The notes beneath the pieces are model-generated. The model worked only from the letters and a program-made list of their open reading frames with translations. It did no database searches and was not told the origin of the DNA. Source: a virus (taxonomy: Duplodnaviria; Caudoviricetes). Taken from it: a DNA stretch of 64,000 bases. Made by a program: the position numbers and the translations under genes. The stretch is taken from the IMG/VR virus record IMGVR_UViG_3300037781_000079, positions 6,489 through 70,488 of that record. One strand, given 5' to 3'. How positions within the stretch are numbered: position 1 is the first letter of the stretch; each line of letters starts with the position of its first letter. Below, piece by piece: positions 1 to 7,110 of this stretch.

Positions 1-10
1 ACGTGTAGTT

Positions 11-364
11 TCATACGATTTCTGATTTTTGTTGCTTCAAAGCGAGAGCTGCATCGGACCGGTACTTGTACATCCTCTTAGTAATGAAGGAGGATCGGAA
101 GTCATCAATCGAGACATCATCCCAACACGATTTGACTACCTCGCCATCCTCTACGGTGTAGTAGTCGTCACCCTCTTTGAATGTTTGAAGAGGGTTTTTC
201 ACGTATGGCGCCGACGTTTTATCGAAACACCGGCCGGTAGACGTACTGAACCCTGAAAGGCTCTCGATGTGCTCTTCGATTTTGCGAGCGATTTTGTTTC
301 GCTCATTATGATCTTTGACCACCTCTTCGATGCCGAAGTAGATGGCTGTGTATAGGTTACTCAT
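11..364 (-). CDS. hypothetical early phage protein (117 aa)
   Basis: ORF track; overlaps upstream ORF (357-364) in a tightly packed co-oriented run. Confidence 0.7.
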   Translation of the reverse strand: MSNLYTAIYFGIEEVVKDHNERNKIARKIEEHIESLSGFSTSTGRCFDKTSAPYVKNPLQTFKEGDDYYTVEDGEVVKSCWDDVSIDDFRSSFITKRMYKYRSDAALALKQQKSEIV

Positions 365-794
365 CGTAGAGTGTATTTAGGGGTTTCGAATTGAACATGA
401 TTTCCTCTTGGAATTCCTCCCAATCGTTACCGATGGAATGAATAAGAGACTCGACCACTTCGTCAGCGGGGCAGAGGTAACCTACCGCACCTGCGTTCGT
501 CACTGACGTAACCACAATCACAACCTGGTCGGGATCGTAACAGTAGTCGTAAATGATTCGGTGCCGAATCTCATCACGGTACTCGTGAATCAACTCAACA
601 CTGAACGGCACGTAATCTTCAATCATCCGCTTCAGAAGCCATTCAACGTATGGCTTTGCGCTGATTGTAGATATTGGTGACGCGCACCGGTTACACTTAC
701 ACTTTTGACCCGGCTTAAACACGGGTTTGTTCGGGTTTGCAAGCGCAACAATATCATCGCTGTCGCACTCGCTACATACATTGATGTACTTCAT
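357..794 (-). CDS. hypothetical protein with N-terminal Zn-ribbon
   Basis: CSEC...CNRC cysteine pairs; part of packed operon. Confidence 0.7.
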   Translation of the reverse strand: MKYINVCSECDSDDIVALANPNKPVFKPGQKCKCNRCASPISTISAKPYVEWLLKRMIEDYVPFSVELIHEYRDEIRHRIIYDYCYDPDQVVIVVTSVTNAGAVGYLCPADEVVESLIHSIGNDWEEFQEEIMFNSKPLNTLYDE

Positions 795-796
795 GG

Positions 797-961
797 CTAC
801 TCTTGATCGAAAATAAGTTCCGGAGTATTACCGTGCTCAAGTTCAGCCCGTGCTTCCTTGATGGCATCCTCCACATTGTTGATTGGATTCTCAGTAAAGA
901 ACCCAGGCTCACCTTTCTCGTACGAAAACGTGAGCGTAACAGTGATGGTTTCGTCACTCAT
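797..961 (-). CDS. small acidic hypothetical protein (54 aa, not in ORF track)
   Basis: Manual translation MSDETITVTLTFSYEKGEPGFFTENPINNVEDAIKEARAELEHGNTPELIFDQE*; ATG overlaps TGA of upstream ORF (ATGA) and stop lies 2 nt before next ATG. Confidence 0.7.
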   Translation of the reverse strand: MSDETITVTLTFSYEKGEPGFFTENPINNVEDAIKEARAELEHGNTPELIFDQE

Positions 962-1227
962 AACTGAATGGATTTTGAACCGATGAGAATTGATTCCGCT
1001 GTTACTTGAACAGGCACGATTCGTTCGCCTTGTTCTGAATAGGCAATGACATTCACCGTAACGTATCCGTACTTGCGGATTGCCGTGCCAGTGAAAAGTC
1101 GGGCGCCACAGCGTGAACCTTTGATTATTACGTCAGCAGCCCGCTTCCTACAAAGGTTACGGGCTGCTCTTGCAATCGAGATAATGTCGTCGTCAGCGAT
1201 TGGCTGACGGGTGTGAATCGGTATCAT
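958..1227 (-). CDS. hypothetical protein (start revised to MIPIHTRQ)
   Basis: ATGA coupling with stop of 1224-1964. Confidence 0.6.
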   Translation of the reverse strand: MIPIHTRQPIADDDIISIARAARNLCRKRAADVIIKGSRCGARLFTGTAIRKYGYVTVNVIAYSEQGERIVPVQVTAESILIGSKSIQL

Positions 1228-1964
1228 ACGAGGTGGGTTTGGTTTCTGTAGATGAACGGTACTTTTGACTTGATCCACGCTTTAACTTCATTGAATCGCT
1301 CTTTACGGTGTTCCTCAATCCAATGATCAATAGCGGGTTTCGCGTGTTCGAACAGACCGTTTTCGTCCCAATCATTATACCCAAAGAAACCACCACAACT
1401 ACCAATTTGCTCACCATCTTTGGTTTCACATTCATACCTGTAGATGTCATTTGTCAGGTATTGGTCATAGACCTTAACCTCATCTCGCATCCACTCTTTG
1501 ACATTCTCTTTGCGCTTGGCACTCCACTTCTTCCAATCGTGTCCAAGTTCATTGACGGTATCCAATGTGGCGTAGATAAACCCAACTTGCCCCGAGTCCC
1601 AAGGGCAGCTGAACCCGCCTGTACTCATAGTTATGCCTGAATGATCGTACAGGTACAGGGGCAACATCACGTATCCTTTCGCTTCAAGTAGGTCTTGCAG
1701 CTTGTGGATGTAGTCCCGTCTGTCCATACCATCTTTCAGGTATTTTTCTTCCATCTCCCACTCATCCATATCTAACTCAGATGCAAAGAAGTCATCGACG
1801 TCTTGGTAGTTGTGTTTATCACCGAGATCATAATTTGGGTGCCAACAGATCATCCTTCCGGCATGACCGTCCCAATCTCTCCGAGGGTTGTTACCGAATC
1901 CGTCATCTTGATAGATGTTAATCTTGCAACCTCGGTAGTTTATTTGTTCAACTAAATCGTTCAT
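1224..1964 (-). CDS. conserved phage protein (LYLYDHSG...CPWDSGQVG family)
   Basis: 246-aa ORF; motif LPLYLYDHSGITMSTGGFSCPWDSGQVGFIY recurs in phage early proteins (recalled); function unknown. Confidence 0.75.
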   Translation of the reverse strand: MNDLVEQINYRGCKINIYQDDGFGNNPRRDWDGHAGRMICWHPNYDLGDKHNYQDVDDFFASELDMDEWEMEEKYLKDGMDRRDYIHKLQDLLEAKGYVMLPLYLYDHSGITMSTGGFSCPWDSGQVGFIYATLDTVNELGHDWKKWSAKRKENVKEWMRDEVKVYDQYLTNDIYRYECETKDGEQIGSCGGFFGYNDWDENGLFEHAKPAIDHWIEEHRKERFNEVKAWIKSKVPFIYRNQTHLV

Positions 1965-2227
1965 ACGTTTGCTGTTACTGCGAGGATGAGATTATCCTCA
2001 AGCATGTCTTTGAATTCAGACACCTTCATATCCCACACACCACCATGCTCGAGGTTATTGATGGTGTATTTTTGGATTGAGGTATTGAAGAACGTCAGGC
2101 GCACCTGAGCACCGGCAACTTCACCGGAATAGAAGCACCATTTGTCCTTGTTTTCGCGACGCATCTTGTTCATTGCGTTCACGAATTCACTGACGGTGTT
2201 GAACCGTTTGATAGAATTACTTTCCAT
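1961..2227 (-). CDS. hypothetical protein (88 aa)
   Basis: ORF with ATGA coupling downstream and A-rich upstream context. Confidence 0.7.
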   Translation of the reverse strand: MESNSIKRFNTVSEFVNAMNKMRRENKDKWCFYSGEVAGAQVRLTFFNTSIQKYTINNLEHGGVWDMKVSEFKDMLEDNLILAVTANV

Positions 2228-2251
2228 CGTTATACGTTTTAGGGGTTTGTA

Positions 2252-2800
2252 CTAAATGTCTTGTGTCACGAAAATGACGATGTGCGCACCTCGCAGGTAC
2301 AGAGCAAACCCGTCGGGCAACTCTTCCTTGCGATGAGGTACACCTGAGTATCCCGCGATTTCCTTTGCGCGTCGAATGATCGACACGTCGGTAGCACTCT
2401 CAGGCATATCGAACTCATCGCGTTTCACCCACGAGTAGTTCGCCTGACCACCGAAGGTATCAGTAACCTCGATTCGCCATTGGAATTCATCTTCGATACC
2501 CCATAGTGCAGCGTACTCAGACTGTACCGCAATCTTGAGGTCATGCGGAAGGTCAATGAACTCGATTGGTTTACCGAGGTGTGAGTACACAGGCCGGTCA
2601 GGTAGTTGTTCAGCGTTGCAATGCTGATAAAAACCTTGCGGGTGGCAAGGTTCTCCTGACGCACCGATAATGACGAACTCACCATTGAATCGCTTTCGCG
2701 TGAAGACAATGGTGTACCGGTCAAAGGTTTCACCTCCGTTGTCGTAGATGCGGAGGTATTTCGGGATGCCGTTCGGCATCAGCTGATCGTATCGGCTCAT
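2252..2800 (-). CDS. hypothetical two-domain early protein
   Basis: N-part YDNGGETFDRYTIV and C-part IEVTDTFGGQANYSWVKR, each resembling stand-alone small phage proteins. Confidence 0.7.
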   Translation of the reverse strand: MSRYDQLMPNGIPKYLRIYDNGGETFDRYTIVFTRKRFNGEFVIIGASGEPCHPQGFYQHCNAEQLPDRPVYSHLGKPIEFIDLPHDLKIAVQSEYAALWGIEDEFQWRIEVTDTFGGQANYSWVKRDEFDMPESATDVSIIRRAKEIAGYSGVPHRKEELPDGFALYLRGAHIVIFVTQDI

Positions 2801-3261
2801 AGTTTCTTGTTGATTTTCTCTTCAATCCTATCGACTGTCTTTTCAAGTTCCGATGTCTTGGAATCAAGCAGCAGTGTCAGTGTTTCAATGTATTTGAATG
2901 AGCACATCACAAAGTGGCGTCTCACTTCATCAATGCAGTAGAAAGGCTCACCTGATTTGTAATCCTTGTGCAGGTGCATAACGAGAAACGGGTACTCGTC
3001 ATAAAGCCATTTACTGAGTAGTTTGATGTCAGCTTTGTACTCGTTAACGAACACGCGATAGCAGAACTCAGGCGTTTCGCGAGAGTAACCGGCATTCGTG
3101 ATGTGGTCAGTCATCATAATTGCCCGTTCTCGACTGTTCATTTCATCCCAAGTGAGCAGGAACCAACGCTCTGAATCTCGAGGATCCATTTGCGGGTTGG
3201 TTTGAATCTCAACCTCAACCATTTCGTCGAGGATGCGTTGTGTTTTTTCGTCTTGGCTCAT
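2797..3261 (-). CDS. hypothetical protein (154 aa)
   Basis: ORF track; ATGA coupling on both sides. Confidence 0.7.
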   Translation of the reverse strand: MSQDEKTQRILDEMVEVEIQTNPQMDPRDSERWFLLTWDEMNSRERAIMMTDHITNAGYSRETPEFCYRVFVNEYKADIKLLSKWLYDEYPFLVMHLHKDYKSGEPFYCIDEVRRHFVMCSFKYIETLTLLLDSKTSELEKTVDRIEEKINKKL

Positions 3262-3641
3262 AACTCAAACCTTCCTTTGATTTCGTTTACTTTCAGCATT
3301 CCGAGGTGAGTGAGACCGCTCACACCCCAATAGTCTTTCTCGTCGTGAAGTGACTGCATGTACCTCAAAAACTCCAACTCGTCGGCGAGCACTCGAAACT
3401 CTTCTTTGATCACTTCCTTACCAAACATGCGAACGAGAGACTTTACTGTCTCTGTGTTGTATCGGGTAGTGATGATACGATGTTTGTAGTCTTCATTTAC
3501 AATGAGAGCTACCGCACATTTCTTGTTATTCGGACCGAAGTAGAGACAATTTCCGTTTACCATCGAGCGATTGCCCGAATGGTAGTGATTGACCACGAGG
3601 TCAAGATACTCGCGGGCTACTTGTTTAACGTCTTCTGTCAT
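3258..3641 (-). CDS. hypothetical protein (start revised to MTEDVKQ)
   Basis: ATG at 3641 preceded by A-rich AAAATCAAAAGCT; the upstream extension in the track runs through a hairpin. Confidence 0.65.
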   Translation of the reverse strand: MTEDVKQVAREYLDLVVNHYHSGNRSMVNGNCLYFGPNNKKCAVALIVNEDYKHRIITTRYNTETVKSLVRMFGKEVIKEEFRVLADELEFLRYMQSLHDEKDYWGVSGLTHLGMLKVNEIKGRFEL

Positions 3642-3670
3642 AGCTTTTGATTTTGCCGTTGGTCGCAGTG

Positions 3671-3714
3671 AAAAAGCCGGGACGCACGCTCTCACTATGA
3701 GACGGCATCCCGGC
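3671..3714 (-). terminator. intrinsic terminator-like hairpin
   Basis: GCCGGGA/TCCCGGC stem with inner TCTC/GAGA, followed by TTTTT on minus strand. Confidence 0.6.
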
Positions 3715-3733
3715 AATTTACCCCTACAAAATG

Positions 3734-3880
3734 TTACCAATTACTCAAACACTGTGGGCGTTCGCCGCGTTTGAGTTTGAATTCCTTCCCGTTACGAATC
3801 TCGTAGACGGAAGTATTGTGTGTGGTCGCGCACGATGCCAGTAGTGCACCGAGCACGATGATGATTACGATTCGTTTCAT
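3734..3880 (-). CDS. small predicted lipoprotein (48 aa)
   Basis: MKRIVIIIVLGALLAS-C lipobox; ATGA coupling at 3877-3880. Confidence 0.7.
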   Translation of the reverse strand: MKRIVIIIVLGALLASCATTHNTSVYEIRNGKEFKLKRGERPQCLSNW

Positions 3881-4095
3881 TTGTACTCTTGTTTGCTCGC
3901 CACAAGTGAGAAGACAGACAGAGCGGAACAACTCAGCCCGATAGTCCACAAACCGGGTATTATCTCGCTATTCTCTTTCGCGTTCATCCAATTCAATTCA
4001 GGTACACCATAGAACACGGCATACGCGCACCATCCCGCGATAAATGCGCAGAACACACCGTACGCAAGGAATGTAAGACTCGTTTCGTTTTTCAT
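3877..4095 (-). CDS. small membrane protein, 2 predicted TM segments
   Basis: Hydrophobic runs FLAYGVFCAFIAGWCAYAVFYGV and GLWTIGLSCSALSVFSLV; ATGA coupling. Confidence 0.65.
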   Translation of the reverse strand: MKNETSLTFLAYGVFCAFIAGWCAYAVFYGVPELNWMNAKENSEIIPGLWTIGLSCSALSVFSLVASKQEYK

Positions 4096-4307
4096 AGCCA
4101 CACCTCCGTTTCGGGATACACTGCGTCATCGGGCACGATAGAGCGCAGAATACTTTCGACGCGCACCATGAAGCCCCACTTGCTCGTGAACCCCAATTTA
4201 TAGTTCTCGATTTCATCGCAAACCTGAGCGATTGCCTTCGGTTGTTCGCGCATAGCTTTAGCCACGAGTTTCGTGTTAAGTTCGAGTTCAAACGTTAGAT
4301 CATTCAT
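4092..4307 (-). CDS. hypothetical protein (start MNDLTF)
   Basis: ORF packed between coupled neighbours. Confidence 0.6.
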   Translation of the reverse strand: MNDLTFELELNTKLVAKAMREQPKAIAQVCDEIENYKLGFTSKWGFMVRVESILRSIVPDDAVYPETEVWL

Positions 4308-4563
4308 CGCTTTGCTTGTTTGGTTCAACAATTACGCAGGTGCATTCATCATTGAATACAGCGCGTGTGCGTTCTCGATATTTCCACACACCTATAGTAG
4401 TGTTTGGTCGTTCGGCAACGATTGTGTCACCAACCCCGAACTCATCGGGGATCTCGTGTACGACTACATCGATAGACGTGTTTTCAAAATCGCATCGGTG
4501 CGAACTTGTGCCACACGACGCGAGCGCGACGATTGCCGCGCTGAGGAATAAGAACTTTTTCAT
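4300..4563 (-). CDS. predicted lipoprotein (87 aa)
   Basis: MKKFLFLSAAIVALAS-C lipobox. Confidence 0.75.
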   Translation of the reverse strand: MKKFLFLSAAIVALASCGTSSHRCDFENTSIDVVVHEIPDEFGVGDTIVAERPNTTIGVWKYRERTRAVFNDECTCVIVEPNKQSDE

Positions 4564-4567
4564 TGTT

Positions 4568-4606
4568 GGGGTATTAAAAAGCCCGACGAATTGCCGGGCT
4601 GTGGTT
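4568..4606 (-). terminator. repeated hairpin + T-tract + translation-start module, copy 1
   Basis: AGCCCG/CGGGCT stem then TTTTTAATACCCC then ATG; 18 bp identical to 4853-4870. Confidence 0.65.
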
Positions 4607-4625
4607 GATAGATTTGTTTGCTTGT

Positions 4626-4847
4626 TTACACGGGAGATTCGTCTCCGAATTTTTCACGTGCCTCTTCGCGTGTACCTATGAACAACTCAGCTATTGAGTT
4701 TTCCTGAGCGTACTCTTCGTGTTCCTGCATAAAGTTCATCCCTTCTATGCTGTTGAATTTTCGCACTCCTGAGAACTGCATTTCGCCCCGGTTCTCCCAA
4801 TACTGAAATATAAATTCAGATTCGATTTTCTTGATAAGGTTATCCAT
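4626..4847 (-). CDS. hypothetical protein (start revised to MDNLIKK)
   Basis: ATG directly after the repeated TTTTTAATACCCC element. Confidence 0.65.
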   Translation of the reverse strand: MDNLIKKIESEFIFQYWENRGEMQFSGVRKFNSIEGMNFMQEHEEYAQENSIAELFIGTREEAREKFGDESPV

Positions 4848-4852
4848 TTGTA

Positions 4853-4890
4853 GGGGTATTAAAAAGCCCGCGTAAAGCGGGCTATGGTTT
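4853..4890 (-). terminator. repeated hairpin + T-tract + translation-start module, copy 2
   Basis: AGCCCGC/GCGGGCT stem then TTTTTAATACCCC then ATG. Confidence 0.65.
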
Positions 4891-4962
4891 GTGAATAATT
4901 GAGCGCACCGATGCACGACCATCGTGACGGCGTTACCGTAGTGCGCTGAGGTTGTCAGAATC

Positions 4963-5367
4963 TTAGTTCTGACTGAATTCGAACGCTGAAGTTTTGCGTT
5001 CGGTGTACTCCATACCGCTACTCATCTCGAGTGCGTACAGGAGGTTCTCTCGTACTTTGTCCGCATTTTTCAGCGAAACGCGGAATGTTGACCCGCTCGA
5101 GGTTTGGAGCGTTTCACTATCGACCACAACCTCGTCATCAACAACAACCTTGATTGTGAACGGAATACTCTTACTCCAAACGTGTTTCGCGTTCGGGTAT
5201 TTATCCATCTTCGAGCGCATTTGCTCGAAAGCATTTGCCGCCGCGTGCACAAGCGCTTTCGCACCTCGTGAAGATTTAATTTCGCGAGCTACTGCAAAGA
5301 ACTCGCTTGTAGTTTTCGCACCCTTAACCATACGGGTTTGGGTAAAGGTAATTTTCAAACTTTTCAT
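4963..5367 (-). CDS. first early-arm protein, hypothetical (134 aa)
   Basis: ORF immediately downstream of the long leader; AT-rich start context. Confidence 0.75.
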   Translation of the reverse strand: MKSLKITFTQTRMVKGAKTTSEFFAVAREIKSSRGAKALVHAAANAFEQMRSKMDKYPNAKHVWSKSIPFTIKVVVDDEVVVDSETLQTSSGSTFRVSLKNADKVRENLLYALEMSSGMEYTERKTSAFEFSQN

Positions 5368-5400
5368 AGCTTGATTATTTAAGGGTTAATAAAAAAAAAT

Positions 5401-5498
5401 TGAGCGGTTGCAGGACTCGAACCTGCGCAAAGAGGTAAGGGTATAACCCTCATACTTTATATACGACTATATCGTACCCTAAGCAACCGTTAACCGCT
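5401..5498 (-). ncRNA. tRNA-like element (acceptor stem + T-arm, non-canonical D/anticodon region)
   Basis: Minus strand AGCGGTT...GCAGG-TTCGAGT-CCTGC-AACCGCT-CA; inner hairpins TACGA/TCGTA and AGGG/CCCT; no canonical D-arm, no CCA. Confidence 0.5.
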
Positions 5499-5767
5499 TA
5501 AAGTGTGTTATTACTTAAAGCGGACGCACACCACCAAGCGCACGACCGTAATAAGTAAAGCTAAGGTTTCCAATAGTTAACCTTAGTACAATATCCTCTA
5601 TTCACGGGTATTTAATCCGCGCCCCCGACTATTTCAAGTTCTATATACTTCGGTGCATATAGATTTTTTTACGGGAGTTCAACTTTACAAGGTGCTGAGG
5701 TAGCTACCTAAGTGAGACTACTATCAACCGCAACCGCTTTTTACCGCGGTTTGTCTCGGTTCGAACG

Positions 5768-5800
5768 CAAATGTATCTTATTAACTTACTACTTTGTCAA
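5768..5800 (-). promoter_or_regulatory. Bacteroidota-type promoter P2
   Basis: TACATTTG (TAnnTTTG -7 element) at 5768-5775 with TTG(ACA) about 22 nt upstream. Confidence 0.6.
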
Positions 5801-6237
5801 CCTATAGGTAGCTATCCTAATCATAGGCAAAGTAAGGCAATAAGGTAACACCCGCCCCTTTCGGTTTACACACTTAGTTTCGTGTGTTCAGCGGTTGCAA
5901 CCCTTAAAGGGTGCGCGTTACAAGCAATATTTCAATATCTTTCTAATTAAGCGGATAACCCTTTGTTATTAACTTCCTACAATCAACCCGCGTTGACAGT
6001 ATCGGTTTACTAACCTTTCGCCGTTAACCGTTCGGACGTTTCCTACTTAGAAAAGGGGTACTCGGACGTATTCACAGGACGTGAACCGTAGCCCTAACAC
6101 TTCAACTGTTAACTGTAGTTATTCGAGCGGACAGAAATAGGCGCTAACCTTACACGCTACTACAGAAGCAAACAAAGTACATACCTCGCAACCTCTTCGG
6201 GTTAGTGGGTAAACGTTTCTACCCTTTCGAGACAATG

Positions 6238-6270
6238 CAAATATAGGGCAACTAAAACGATATATCCAAA
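6238..6270 (-). promoter_or_regulatory. Bacteroidota-type promoter P1
   Basis: TTTG (-33) + 21-nt spacer + TATATTTG (-7), matching the known Bacteroidota sigma consensus. Confidence 0.7.
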
Positions 6271-6334
6271 TTTGGAGATAAAAAAACACGTAACTACCTG
6301 AAAATCAGCGCAATAAAATGAAACAACCCCTACG

Positions 6335-6348
6335 TACGCGCGCGCGTA
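6335..6348. repeat. 14-bp perfect palindrome TACGCGCGCGCGTA
   Basis: Directly visible; (CG)n core. Confidence 0.9.
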
Positions 6349-7072
6349 TCATATACGGGACAGGTTCACCGAACTGTTAACGGTGCAAAGGTCAGAAGCG
6401 GTAAAATAACGGAGCGGTAAACGTAACACGCTGAAAGATATAGGGGTTAGGAGGGGGGAGCTAAACCGTCACTTCACTCCCCGCCCGTAACACGCTGACC
6501 TTCACCATTTTATCCTCACACAACGAGGGCTGCACCTCAACCCTGACAAGGCAATAGGGCAACCGACGACGACCAACGGCAATAACGGTAACACCCGCCG
6601 GCACTATATAATAAGGGGGGGTACCCTTAAAAAGGAGGCTCATTTCAGCGGCTTTATGGCGGCTTTCGGCAGCGGTTTTCGGCTGAGATCAGGTGGGGGC
6701 GCTTTGGGCCTAACAGACCCCCACTCACACCTTAACCACTTCCACACATTTTCCCTTATTTCACCACACAACAATCCTTATTCCGGCTTCCGGTCCACTA
6801 TTTAAGCTCTTGCAGTGTGCTTATTGCAGAGGCCATGCAGTGTCGCTTCGCGGTTTCAACATCAAGAGAGAGTTTTGTCTCCCTTCGGGTCGATCCACAG
6901 GTGATCCAGAGGTCTTCGACGCCCTGGAACCCCAGTGTTTCTGACAAAAGGACAGTAAAGAATATAAGGGCGAATTACGTTGTTTACTGGTTGTCAGGGT
7001 ATTAAGGGGTCTATAGTGTTACAATACTGTAACAACTTGTTATCGTACTGTAACGTTTCAACTTTTTTTTGA

Positions 7073-7083
7073 TAGATTGCGGC
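7073..7083 (+). promoter_or_regulatory. candidate rightward (late-arm) promoter -7 element TAGATTGC
   Basis: TAnnTTGC variant about 30 nt before first rightward ATG; similar TATCTTGC at 19333. Confidence 0.35.
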
Positions 7084-7110
7084 ATTATTCACCTCAAATA
7101 CTGATTACCA

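Noticed and set aside
772-957. 61-aa ORF MTKPSLL from the track
   Set aside because: An overlapping frame (797-961) gives a better-coupled, more protein-like product
5401-5430. tRNA 3' half as an attP core
   Set aside because: No integrase in the window and the segment has its own upstream acceptor partner; kept as a tRNA-like element instead
5500-5740. Canonical tmRNA
   Set aside because: No GGGG 5' end or G3:U70 pair and no ALAA-like tag frame found
6443-6460. G-quadruplex from G-runs (also 62779-62790)
   Set aside because: Fewer than four suitably spaced G3+ tracts
5400-6700. CRISPR or TIGR-like array
   Set aside because: Repeats are short, irregularly spaced and in mixed orientation; no constant repeat-spacer period and no cas or Nop-domain gene
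6461-7005. ORFs 6461-6643 (-) and 6817-7005 (+)
   Set aside because: They lie in repeat-rich regulatory DNA, lack start context and have no protein-like features
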